A stretch of DNA of 64,000 nt from Octopus vulgaris (Eukaryota), in the NCBI GenBank assembly GCA_951406725.2, contig OX597814.1:155186001-155250000 (forward strand), in the 5' to 3' direction. The position numbers and the translations under genes are program-made. How positions within the stretch are numbered: position 1 is the first letter of the stretch; every line of letters begins with the position of its first letter. Of this stretch, positions 26,570 to 39,022 are shown piece by piece. A model generated the notes under the pieces. The model saw only the letters and a program-made list of their open reading frames with translations, had not been told where the DNA came from and made no database searches.

Positions 26570-26911
26570 GAGTGGTTCCCAACCGTAGTCCATATCACCC
26601 ATTGGGGTCCATATAAAATTTTTGGGGGTCCACACAAGCAAAATAGCAAATGGGATCCATAGTAGTATTTTATAGGTCCATGAAAAAAAGTATTCTGATT
26701 GAGGTGTATTTATTTCAAGAAACAGCTAGGTCTCTTTCCCCGACGTTTTACTCTGTTCAACCTACACAAGTGACCGTGAGAAAAACAAAATAGGAAGTTT
26801 TTAAGAAACATCTATAAAACTAATTTCCAAACATTGAATGGCTATGGAGATATACTAGAATTAAATAGTAATCAAAAGGATCCATAGATAAAAATTGGTT
26901 GAGAACCACTG
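26570..26911. mobile_element. hAT MITE (intronic)
   Basis: TIRs (g)agtggttcccaacc / ggttgagaaccactg; TSD ctctacat/atctacat; same family as 14699-14948 and 59750-60033. Confidence 0.85.
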
Positions 26912-27700
26912 ATCTACATGTATAAATGAAAGTAGTCTTCTCTATGAGATGCACTTGTGTCCTTTGACAGATTTTATTATAAATCTTAAGTGGAAGCCCT
27001 CGTCACACACATCATCCAATGACATGTTTGGATTTAAGATTGGCTAGTTTAGTCACCATCCCGCGCATGTACTATGATACATGATGCAAGTACAGGTAGA
27101 ACCTAATCTAATTTGAACTGGGTTATTAATCAATGCCATAGTGTCCTTAAATATATCAATCAGCTCGTTATATAATGTTCAAGGTAATATCAGAACGGTA
27201 ATATACAAAGAAATCAAAGATAAATCGTTAAACAAATATTGAGCTTAATATGAAAAAGTAACCATCATATATCAGTGTTTAAAGCTATATCTTATGAGAT
27301 ATCAATCAATACATCATCGCTCTATTAAAATCCTCTCGACCAACCGTGTTTCTTATTTTGTCGAAGGTATTTGGAATTCATAGCAACGAATACACAATTA
27401 GATTAATTCGGAACTGATTGTGTACCAGTTACTCGTTAGCACAGTGGTTCACTTTTTCTTTTACTTCGTGATGCACAGAACACCAAGTGAAAAACTTACT
27501 GGCGCACTTCTCTTGAAAAGTAAAAATATCACTTGGATATTTCTTGTGGAAAGTTATACAAAACTTTGGATTAAAGTTAAAAATTTACATATAGTTATAT
27601 GCAATCATATCTAACATGTTCGACATGGAAAGATGATGCGCTGCACATATAGTCTCAAGAGGAGAAATTTACCTTGCGGACAATATAGGTATAAACACAC

Positions 27701-28338
27701 TACTAGGTTATGAATGACGTCATCGGATCGTAGGTCACAAGCATTTCTGCGTTATTACGCATCATTAGATGCATATATTGAACCGTCGTTCATGGCCACT
27801 ATAAGCTGATGGTTCTCATTAGAACAGCAAATAGGACATTTGTTGTAATTATTAGGTTGGGGAAGAGGTTCGTGCGCCATGTTAAAATAATGCTTTTTTT
27901 TATATATTTTTGTGCTGTGTGTGTTCATTCAGTTCAAGTCATACTCAATGGTAACTCACAATGCATAGTCGCATACCGCCAGAAAGACCATCAACAAATT
28001 TGAAGAACTGGACGGTGTGGAGTGCTGCCGCATTCAGCCTATAGTCCAGACGTTGCTCCATCTGACTACGGTCTTTCCAATGAATGCAGCACTTTATGAA
28101 AGGTCGCCGATTTGAGTCATTCGATGAAGTTGAAAAAGCCTGTCAATGAATATTTCGATTTAAAGCTGAAGGATTGGTACTTTGACCAAATTCGAAAGCT
28201 TGCACATCGTTGGCAGAAGGTTGTGGAAAATGATGGTCTTTATTGTGAAGAATAGTTGTTGTTGTTTTTGAATAAATTTTTACGTATAAAAATTCATTAT
28301 TTTAACATGGAGCACGAAATTTTTTCCTTAAACCAGTA
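27701..28338 (+). mobile_element. mariner (DD34D) element, internally deleted, in an intron of the chitin-binding gene
   Basis: HTARKT..LPHSAYSPDVAPSDY..F..KGRRF..W.FDQIRKLAHRWQKVVENDG.Y.EE* with frameshifts; left boundary approximate. Confidence 0.8.
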
Positions 28339-28783
28339 ATTAAGGCATTTAATAATCATACTTGTGTATAACAAAATTATAAATAATACATTTTCCAAGA
28401 CACTCAAACATATTTATGAATTTTCTAAAGCTTTAAATAATATAAATAATAATTTTATCGCAAATGAAATGGCTGTTGAGCATAATTGATTTGTGAACTA
28501 TATGCAAAATTAAGGCCTTTTCTACTTCTTGTTCTAAGACCACTGACTATATATTTCAAAAATCTGCAGCTCAAGTGGATACCTCCGTGCAGTGCAGTAA
28601 TGCCCCACGTCACAAGATTTATTGATCATTGAGTTAGAGGCTTGCAATCAATATTCCATTAGATTTATACTCTTTGTCACTTGAGCAAGACATATAATTC
28701 TAAGGCAAACTAAATATCAATTAGTAATGTACAAGAGATATAAAGAAAATGAGAAATTACGAAAAAAGCAAAAAGAAACTTAC

Positions 28784-29438
28784 CCGCCTCTGTTGCCACC
28801 ACGATTTCCTCCACCTCCCCATTGTCCTCCACGCTTTCCACCATTTCCCCACTGTGTCCCCTGATTTCCGCCGCGTCCACCACCTTGTCCTCCACGGTTT
28901 CCTCCACTTCCACCTTGTCCATAATTTCCACCTCCTCCTTGTCCACCTCCACGGTTACCTCCATTTCCTCCATTCCATCCTCCTTTTCCTCCTCCTCCAC
29001 GGTTACCGCCATTTCCACCATTCCATCCTCCTTGTCCTCCTCCTCCACGGTTACCTCCATTTCCACCATTACCTCCGTTCCATCCTCCTTGTCCTCCTCC
29101 GCCGTTTCCTCCTCCTTGTCCTCCTCCGCCGTTTCCTCCACCTTGACCATATCTACCTCCTCCTTGCCCGCCACCGTTACCTCCGTTCCAGCCACCATTA
29201 CCTCCACCATTTCCGCCTCCACCACGTCCAAACTCTATGGCACTCTTAGGCACCTGCAAGTTTCCACAGTCAGTGTTATTCAGGTAGTCGCATACTTGGA
29301 TACTAGGATTAAATACAGTACCAGGAGCACATTCCTGAACATCATTGAGGTAACCAAGGTTGCATTCGTAGTACATCTGACACATTTCATTGTGACGTTT
29401 CTTAAAATCTTCTGCATAGTCACCACAGAGTTCGTTGG
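28784..29438 (-). CDS. Gly-rich chitin-binding protein, exon with ChtBD2 domain 2 plus GGWNGGNGG/GGNRGG repeats
   Basis: Acceptor tctattttctag|CC; donor GG|gtaagt; 655 nt (phase 1 to 2); domain CGDYAEDFKKRHNEMCQMYYECNLGYLNDVQECAPGTVFNPSIQVCDYLNNTDC fits C-X14-C-X5-C-X10-C-X12-C-X7-C. Confidence 0.93.
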
Positions 29439-29655
29439 CTAGAAAATAGAAAGAAAATATTGTCATTACTCATTATCTCCTCCTTTTAACGTTTCCACTC
29501 ACAAACGTCTTTATTTCTCTTTCACGTTTGCTCTTACTATAAAGAAATGAACGTGTATCTGTGAGACAATCTATGTTATAATTCTGCTTAATCGTTCGCC
29601 CATTACACTTTAGTTAGTTAGAGGCAAATGTGGAGTGAGAGTGAGAAAGGAAGGT

Positions 29656-29715
<60 letters not shown>

Positions 29716-30779
29716 GAAGTGACACACAAAAGGAAAGACGAAACAAGACAGAAAGAGGTATGTATGCATGTATGTAATGTGTATATGTATCTCTTTATTA
29801 ATACGCTGAGGGAAATATAACATTGTCGTTAGTTAAAGAGAGAGGAGAGAGAGAGTGAAGAGAATGAGAGGGATAGAAAGAAGAGAGACAGGAGATAGAA
29901 AGAGGAGAGAGAGGAGATAGAAAGAGGAGAGAAATGAAATAGAAAGAGGGGAGAGAAAAGGAGATAGAAAGAGAAGAGAGAGGGAGAGATGGTCAGCGGT
30001 GAGAGTTAGGTGGAAAGGATTGCTATTATATGTGATGAAATAGTTGAAGGAGGAGGTAGATAGAAAGAGAGAGGGTAAAGCGAAAATTTAACGCAGGGGA
30101 GATGTGGGAAAGAAGTAAAAGGAAAAAGGGAGAGAGAGAATAAGAGGAAGAATGTGTGTGAGTGAGAGAATGTGTTTACTGGAGGGATAGAGCGAAAAGT
30201 GATAGTTTTTCTGTTTTGTTTTAATTTTCTTGTTACCCATCAGTTAATGCATGCGCTTTAGTGAAGTAACTATCGTCTGCTCAGTCAAAGCTTATGAAAT
30301 ATGGCCAGCAACAGACAAGACAAAGAATGATAAGGTTTTTTTTTCAAATAACTATGTTAAAATTTGTTAAAACATTACCAACGTAGGGAAACAGAATAAT
30401 ATTATATTTTTTAGAAGTTTATTGAGATTGCTCGTCTAATATTACTTATATGAACTTTTACATCATCTCAAGGCTCTAATGGTTCAGAAAATTATACAAT
30501 TCCATCTTACAGTTTTCAAATCAACCGTGGAATTTTCACTGGGTACTACTAGTAACGATAAAGCTACTTTATACATGTTAACGTACATTTGGAAACATTA
30601 CTTCATGTCAATCATAAGTAAGAAAGTTGGGTGAGCCAATTTCCATCTAAGCACTTGATCATAGTTGATTCTTAACCAGATGGAGTGCAGGGACATGGCT
30701 GTTATATAAAGCACAAGTCTATCCCTCTGCTAGTAACCGATTTCTTACACACACATGTACACATAGGATAATAATCCTT

Positions 30780-31365
30780 TCTATATAGGCACAAGTCCTG
30801 AAGTTTTGGGGGGAGGAGTCATTCGAGTACGTAACTGGTACTTAATTTATCGACCCCAAAAGAATGAGAGGCAAAGTCGACCTCGGCGGAATTCGAACTA
30901 AGAATGTGGCCACGGACGAAATACCTATTTCTTTATTACCCACAAGGGGCTAAACACAGAGAGGACAAACAAGGACAGACAAACGGATTAAGTCGATTAT
31001 ATCGACCCCAGTGCGTAACTAGTACTTATTTAATCGACTCCGAAAGGATGAAGGGCAAAGTCGATCCCGGCGGAATTTGAACTCAGAACGTAGCGGCAGA
31101 CGAAATACCACTAATCATTTTGTCCGGCGCGCTAACGATTTTACTAGCTCGTTGCCTTTACAAAGGATAACAATAATAATGGTTTGAGAGAAAGGAAGGG
31201 ATAAATCGATCGCATCGACTCTAAAATTCAACTGGTACTTATTTTATCGATCACCAAAAGATGAAAGCAAAGTCTACCTCCGCAGAATATGAATGTAAAG
31301 AGAGGACGAAACGCCGTTAAGCATTTTGGCCGACGTACTAACGATCTTGCCAGCTCACCGCCTTT
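30780..31365 (-). mobile_element. Cluster of three tandem/nested copies of the dominant SINE (intronic)
   Basis: Repeated aaagtcgacctcggcggaatt.gaact and ttatcgacccc blocks. Confidence 0.85.
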
Positions 31366-31880
31366 TTTCATAGAACAATGTTAAAAAAATGATAAGTGAA
31401 TGCTCTAGTGTATAGTTTAGAGTCACACTGCATATATCGACAGGTTTCATTACAGCTATATATTTAAGTACCTTGCTTATTTTGATGATTTAATCGTGTC
31501 AACATCCATTTGACACCCCTGTGGGTCACTTAGGAGGCAGACATATGAATTTTTTGATGAGATGTATTCCAAGATTATTAATGAAATGTATCCCAAGATT
31601 ATTGATTTTGTACTAGTTGGAGGTCTCACTACACCAGTGTGATTAATTCTCATGAAAATATTATAGGAAAGAGTTACGCAAATTGATCAGTCGGTAATTT
31701 TAGAATCCTTTCCGAATCAAATGAGTTCACATAACCATAAGAGACAAGGCAGCGTCTACGAAGACTTATATATTACTAAAGTTACATACTTGAGGTAATT
31801 TATGTGCCTATTACGAAGTAATGAACGGATCACTCAACTGAGATGCTGGTTAATGCTGAACTATATTAGCCTGTGGTACA

Positions 31881-32068
31881 AGGCGGCAAGCTGGCAGAAA
31901 CGTTAGCACGCCGGGCGAAATGCGTAGCCGTATTTCGTCTGCCGTTCTGAGTTCAAATTCCACCGAGATCGACTTTGCCTTTCAACCTTTCGGGGTCGAT
32001 AAATTAAGTACCAGTTACGCACTGGGGTCGATTTTTTAGCCCCTTGTGGGTAGTAAAGATATAGGTAC
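31881..32068 (+). mobile_element. Dominant SINE copy (intronic, opposite orientation)
   Basis: aggcggcaagctggcagaaacgttagcacg...agccccttgtgggtagtaaaga. Confidence 0.88.
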
Positions 32069-32363
32069 TTGCTTTTGTAGCTGGATAGATGAAGCCATTA
32101 ACAGCAAAGTACCTAGTACAACTTGTATGACGAGTATTAGAATATAAATCACCACCTGTTAACTGCTTGCTTAGAACGCTTTCATTCGCTCATTCATAAT
32201 TATCTTTCACTCAGCGAGGACGCATCTATGCAGTAGATCATCCTGCTAGAAATAGCAGCCAAATTATTTCTACTGACACCCAGCCATCTTAAAATAAGGA
32301 AACGACTGATGTTGCAGTATACAATAACAATAATATCGATATGAATATATTTTTTCTACTTAC

Positions 32364-33024
32364 GCCGTGCGCCGTTGCATTGGACATTGCCAGGGTAATC
32401 ACAATACTTTTGGTTATCGTTGAAGTACAACCCTTCTGGACACTGGAGCCTTTGTTCACCACTGTCGCCTTGACATTCGAAGTAATAGCTGCAATCTGAT
32501 TGGTCAGCGCGTGCACAACTTCCACCTTGCCAGTTGCCTCCTTGTCCTCCACCACCTCCACCACCACCACTACCTCCACCGCCTCCTTGGCCATATCTGC
32601 CTCCACCGCCGCCTTGGCCACCCGATCCTCCACTACCTCCACCACCTCTTCCGCCGCTACCACCGCCGCCACCTTGTCCCCATCCTCCACTACCTCCGCC
32701 ACCACCTCTTCCTCCGCTACCACTGCCGCCGCCACCTCTTCCGCCGCTACCACCTCCACCGCCTCCTTGTCCCCATCCTCCACTACCTCCGCCACCTCTG
32801 CCGCCGCTACCACCGCCGCCGCTACCACCGCCGCCGCTACCACCGCCGCCGCCACCTTGTCCCCATCCTCCACTTCCTCCGCCGCCTCTGCCACCACTAC
32901 CACCACCACCTCTGCCACCACTACTGCCGCCACCACCACCCTGACCATATCCACCACCACCACCACCTTGTCCGCCAGTATTTCCACCGCCTTGACCCCT
33001 GTTTCCTCCATTATTTCCTCCTTT
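32364..33024 (-). CDS. Gly-rich chitin-binding protein, exon with SGGRGGGG/SGGWGQ repeats plus ChtBD2 domain 1
   Basis: Polypyrimidine tract + ttgcag|AAA; donor CGGC|gtaagt; 661 nt (phase 0 to 1); six-Cys domain CARADQSDCSYYFECQGDSGEQRLQCPEGLYFNDNQKYCDYPGNVQC with the CP.GL.FN and CDY hallmarks of peritrophin-A/CBM14. Confidence 0.93.
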
Positions 33025-34128
33025 CTGCAAGGAAAAAGAAAAAAAATGCCATCATTCGGTAAAACAAAGCTCAATTAATGGAGATTTACATTAATTTCGA
33101 ATATTAACAGTTAGGTAAATAACATTGTTGTTTAGCCTCTGGTCAGTTCAAGGGAGAATTGTAATAGAAGATATTCCAAGTCACCTCTGCGTTTAGAACT
33201 GTATTTTCTTGCTTTAATATGGCAGGGTGTGATTTGTGAGCATTTAGCTACTATTTTTAACAGGAGTGTTTTCTCAAATTGATTAAAAAAAAATAATGTC
33301 ATTGACTCCATAAAAGAAAATGACCTTGTACTGACCAAAGAAATAAGGCATTTATTTCTTACTTGTTAGTAATAGTAAATGTCTATACAAGATTTGGAAA
33401 AGCTAGGATTTTAAAACCAAAAAAGTATCCGGCTAAAACGCATTTTACAAATGCAATCTGTAAGTGGAATAGTAAAAATATTCAAGACTTTTCTAAAGTT
33501 CAACATCCAATACTTGTTGTTACTCCAATTTCAGCGATGGAGCTTTGTCTTTCTATGAAAAATTCTAATAATTAAAAATACAACGAAAGGAACCATACGG
33601 ACATACATAAAAAGAAATATATATATATATATACAAACATACGTATATATAGGCATAAGTACATGCACATATATACATATACATGCACACAAACAAACGA
33701 ATGTGCAAGCGTCATGTTTGTACTAACGCCTCAACAGAAATTTTTCGATTTCTGAAGTCAAACCTAAAACTTCAGAATCACCATCGATATGTAAATGCGA
33801 AAGTAGCGATATAGAGAACAAACTAGAATAAATAAATAAATAAATGACATTCTTTCCCCTCATTCTGTAACTCTTGGCAATCCGTGAGCCCGACCTTGTT
33901 TCGATTTTAACTTTAGCTAAAACAATTTGACTTCAATAATCCGATTTATGGTCCTTAGGACGAAAGTACTAATTACTTCCCTGAAATCCTACCCCGCCCT
34001 ACTGAATAATAAACCGTTCTTTCTGTTCCTTTCAAAGAAAATATTAATTTATATAAAACCATCACAACATCCTAAATAAATATATTGAAGAACGTTGTAG
34101 ATAAAATGCTTATTTTAATGGTATAGTC

Positions 34129-34313
34129 CAGTGGTTCCCAACCTGGGGTCCGTGGACACCTGGTGGTCCGCAAAGGTAGTACTGTGGTGGTTTGGGGGAG
34201 GTCCGTGATCGTAATTCAGAATTTCACATATCAATATATACATAAGGATAAGCATATTAAAAGGGGTCCGTGGGGAAACTCATTTAAATAAAAAAAAAGG
34301 TTCGGAACCACTG
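34129..34313. mobile_element. hAT MITE (intronic)
   Basis: TIRs cagtggttccc / ggaaccactg; 8-bp TSD gtatagtc/gcatagtc. Confidence 0.85.
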
Positions 34314-34616
34314 GCATAGTCAGAGGAAGGAAAGTGTCCAACCGAGATTTGTGGCGGAAAGTGCAATGGAAGAAGAAGCTATGATTCGTAAGATGTCATC
34401 AATAAAATGTCATCCAATAAAATGGAACCCTACAGGCTTAGCTTGAAGAGTCTTGACCAAAGTGCCCCGCGGAATGAGCTAACTGAATTCATGGGATTAC
34501 GAAGCAAATTTTTTTAATTAATTAGCCATTTCTGATATAAACACGAGGCCGAAAAGTTCAAGGGACGATAATAATCAAATATTATTTTATGGCTCGAATA
34601 TTACATATTTTAATAC

Positions 34617-36200
34617 AGTGGCGAGCTGGCAGAATCAGCACGCTGGGAAAAATGCTTCGCGGCATTTCACCCGTCCTTACGTTCTGAGTTCAGATTCTGC
34701 CGAAGTCGACTTTATGTTTCATTCTTACGAGAACGATAAAAGAAGTACCAGTTGACTACTGCAATCGATGTAATCGACTTACTCCACCTCCTGAATTACT
34801 GACCTTGTGCCAAAATTTGAAACCAATATCACATATTCTAATGCTCCCTGGAAGGATTAAAGCAAAGTCGACCTCGGTAAGGTTTGAAATCAGAACGTAC
34901 TGTTATGTAACCAAAAGCAGTACGGTATTGCTATCAGCGGCTCTATCGGTTAAGCTTACACTATCACCTATGTTATGAATAAAATAAATTGTGCATTTAT
35001 ACAAAATATTGCCTGATGAGAGTCTAAATAGATGCTTAAAAATTAGGTCAAATTCTACTCTCTCAATGAAAGTTATACCCCAGCAGATCCTCAATTATGA
35101 AACGTAACCGAAGACGCCAGTTTACAATCTACAAATGAAGCTGACATACTTAACTAATAGAATTTTTGTTGGAAGGAAGTGAGTTCTTAAATAAGGATTT
35201 CTTTAAAAATGAGTTTCATTTATGAATTTTTTTAGACTACAATGTTATTAATATAACATTTCTTGTAAGTTGGCGAGCTGGCAGAAATGTTAGCTCGCTG
35301 GGCGAAATGCGTAGCCGTATTTCGTCTGCCGTTACGTTCTTAGTTCAAATTCCACCGAGGTCGACTTTGCCTTTCATCCTTTCGGGGTCGATTAAATAAG
35401 CACTGGTTGATATAATCGACTTAATCCGTCTGTCTATCCTTGATTGTTCCCTCTGTGTTTAGCCCCTTGTGGGTAGTAAAGAAATAGGTATTTTGTTTTA
35501 TCTACTCTGGAAGGATAAAAGATAAAGTCAACGTCGGCGGGGTTTGAACTCACAATGTAAAGAGTATTAACTAATAATTTCATCTTAGTATTTCACAGGA
35601 AGTTTTTCATTTCTAATGAATGATTAAATGCAAAGTTAACCTTAGCAGGATTTGAACTTAGAACATAAAGAACCAGAACAAATACCATAAAGTCTTTTCT
35701 CCTGCGCTTTAACGGTTCTGCCAACCTAAAAAAAAATATTCTTTTCTAACAAGGTGAAACATTTTTCGGTGACTTAGTCGATTATATCAACCTGTAGTAT
35801 CTGAATTTACGTTATCGTCACAAGAAGGATGAAAGGTAAAGTAGATACAAGAGTAATTTGAACCTAGTAAGTGAAGTGACATAACTAAATAGTGCAAACA
35901 CTTCAGGGCGGCTATGCCAGTGAACACCATGATAATTCTTTCACATTTGGGCACAAGGCTGGCAGTTCTGTGAGAAGAAGGCAAGTCGATCACATCGACC
36001 CCATTACTTGACTAATACTGCATTTGTTTCAAATTGCAGTACAAGGCCAGCAAAGTTTATGAGGATTGCTGATCTAGTTTATCGACTCCGAAAGGATGAA
36101 AGGCAAAGTTGATCGTGGCGGAATTTGAGCTCGGAACGTAATGAATTGGAAGAAATACAGTTAGGTATTTTGTCCGACGCATTAACGATTATACCAGTTT
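34617..36200. mobile_element. Cluster of dominant-SINE copies in both orientations (best copy 35270-35490 +)
   Basis: Plus copies at about 34617 and 35270; minus fragments at about 34850, 35510, 35640, 35820 and 36075. Confidence 0.8.
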
Positions 36201-36446
36201 TCAACCTCTTATTTCAAATCATAATTATGATAACAATAATAGTTTACATATAAGCTATTCACATAGAAAATAAAATTCTGAAATTAGCTTCAATAGTAGG
36301 AAATACTACCTAAATATCGATATCGCCCCCAAATTTTGATGTTTGGTGTCTAGACAGATGCTAGGCCAATAACATTACAATTAAACATTGCTAATTAATT
36401 TCACACAATATATTACGGTTATTTATTGAAATACCCACAGTCTTCG

Positions 36447-36509
<63 letters not shown>

Positions 36510-36625
36510 CACGCTCGTTCCTTTCCCGATTCGTTACCTGAATGGAAGAAATATTAGGAAAAAACAAAAAAAAAAGTTTCTAATGCTTATATACGCATCA
36601 TGCAGAAGAGACTTTCTATACGTAC

Positions 36626-36711
36626 CTGTCCGCCTGACCAATTATTGCCACCGCCATTGTTATTGTTGTTAGATCCGCCTTTTCCACCACCGCCAGGATT
36701 GAGCCCGTACA
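36626..36711 (-). CDS. Gly-rich chitin-binding protein, first identified coding exon (xTG-YGLNPGGGGKGGSNNNNNGGGNNWSGGQ)
   Basis: Acceptor tgtttctag| and donor CAG|gtacg; 86 nt, enters in phase 1 and exits in phase 0, matching the next exon; same Gly/Asn/Trp composition as downstream exons. Confidence 0.8.
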
Positions 36712-36796
36712 CTAGAAACATATGCATTATATATATACAACACAACATATAAATATACATACATACACACACACACACATACATCATACATATGCA

Positions 36797-36850
<54 letters not shown>

Positions 36851-37301
36851 TATATACGCACATATGTATATATCTGTGTGTGTATAAATTCAATAAATGA
36901 ATGACAAAAAAAAACCCAGATGTTACTTGACCACTCATTAACTTTCGGCTGTTTCTGCTATAAGAAGCAGTGCACGCAGGGCCGAGTTCTTGTGCAGCAT
37001 TCTATAGCTCCCTCGGAGCCGACCCTTTACTCTAAAGCAAAAGCTGATTGAATTTTTGGTTGCTGGTATAGCCAAACTGAATCAAAATCATTACACACAC
37101 ACACAAACACACACACACTCACACACACCCACACACACACACATATATGTATGCATATGCATATGCATGTACATATATCCACGTGACCACGTAACCGACC
37201 AGGCTATCAGATGTTGCTACACATCGCTGGTCACAATGCGCTTCGCATTGTTTTAGCCTTCAGATGACGCCACCCCGTTGGCTAAGCGAGCAGGCCAATG
37301 T

Positions 37302-37350
<49 letters not shown>

Positions 37351-37495
37351 CTTCGTTTTTTTATCTGGTTTGCAAGATTCTTTACGTGAATTCATGTGTT
37401 GAAACAAATTTTGTGTTAATAATATTGGCATAATGCCTCTCCCTAGACACAGCAAAATTTACATACGTACATACACATACACCCATACACACAAT

Positions 37496-38065
37496 AAATA
37501 TTGCCAAGAAAGTTATTTAATTTTTTGTAAATATACAGATTTACGATAATTTTGAATGACTTTTGTCTTGTCAATGTTATGATTTTTTTCCTTTTGACAT
37601 TTGACAGCCGTTATTTTTAGCTTACTTTAGCGTAATTTAGTTTACAACTGTTAGTTCAGTGTCAATTTTAACATAGAGTGCAAAAATGAACATTTTCGCT
37701 AATACTTTGCTTTTTTAAACCTGTAAAGGCAAGAAAGCTACTGAGGCTCACAAAGAGATATGTAAAGTTTATGGTGTTGGTTGCATAACAAAACGCATCT
37801 GTCAAAAATGGTTTAAAACATTCCGTTCTGGAAATTCTCACTCATAGATGACCAACGTTCTGATCGACCTACTGAAGTTGATGATGACCGAATCAATAAG
37901 GACCAGAAGTTCTATGAGTGTAGAATTATGAAATTGCCAGAAAGATAGCAAAAGGTTATCGAATAGAATGGAAAATATATAATTGATTAAAGTTCATTCT
38001 TTGTATGAAAAAAAAAATTACATTTATTTCACACAACCGAAACTACTTTCTTGCCAACCCAATAT
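37496..38065 (+). mobile_element. mariner element, internally deleted
   Basis: TIR-like ends ttgccaagaaagt / actttcttgccaacccaata; remnants KGKKATEAHKEICKVYG, CQKWFK.FRSG, and C-terminal IMKLPER*QKVIE*NGKYIID. Confidence 0.85.
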
Positions 38066-38796
38066 ATAAATAATGAGGGCGCATAGGTGATGCATTTACC
38101 GTCTAGCTATCGTAATTTCAATTCCTAGGCCGGGAGGTGCGTTGTGTTCAACAAAACACTTGCTTTGAATTTGCTGCAAAAAGTCGTTTACGTTCGTGGT
38201 AGTGAGTTTTTCTTCGGCGGGGGGAATAGGAATGTGGCATGGGTGTCAAGGGGGCGGCAGCCCAAAATTTTTGGGAACCACTGGTCTAAAACTATTAACT
38301 CAGTATATTTAGATTCAAATGCCTGCTTTATTTCACAATTATATGTGGCACAAGTGCGATAAACTTGAGTTTAATTGAAAGAATCGGCTTTCTTATTACT
38401 CCGTTCTTAATTGGTACTAAACATAATTTTATGTACATTAGTTAATTATTTTGCTTCGTGCATCACCATTTCTTCCTCTCCAAACGCCGAAATTAAACTT
38501 CTCAAAGTAGCTTTGCTTTTAATGACTTCATAAACACGGTGCTTTCATAAATGTGAGATGTCATGTTCCTTTCCCCCGTGCTCTTTAGACCCGTTACAAT
38601 CTGCCCTGGTTCTTCCAAAACATGCGAAAGATATTTGACCATTTTTCTTTACATTTTGACCCATTATAGATTTTTCTTTCCTCGCTCCCCAGTTACACTG
38701 ATATACTAATAATGAAATAATAAAATCACTGTAATTAATCTTTTGCATGCATACAAATACTATTACTATTACATACATATACAAATACTATTACAT

Positions 38797-39022
38797 ATTT
38801 CTTTACTACCCACAAGGGGCTAAACACAGAAAGGACAAACAAGGTCAGACAAACGGATTAAGTCGATTGCATCGACCCCAGTGCGTAACTGGTACTTAAT
38901 TTATCGACCCCGAAAGGATGAAAGGCAAAGTCGACCTCGGTAGAATTTGAACTCAGAACGTAACGGCAGACGAAATACGGCTACGCATTTCGCCCGGCGT
39001 GCTAACGGTTCTGCCAGCTTGC
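38797..39022 (-). mobile_element. Young full-length dominant SINE copy with probable TSD
   Basis: Near-consensus sequence; flanked by direct repeat tacaaatactattaca (about 38780 and 39023). Confidence 0.88.

Noticed and set aside
28749-33078. His/Leu-rich, Pro-rich and Ser/Thr-rich plus-strand ORFs and Val/Glu/Ala-rich shifted frames overlapping the Gly-rich exons (tempting as His-rich beak proteins or overlapping genes)
   Set aside because: GGN-codon repeats keep other frames open automatically; only the Gly frame carries the Cys domains and has phase-compatible splice sites.
35010-35050. CTGATGA followed by a small stem
   Set aside because: No GAAA core or stem III; likely chance.
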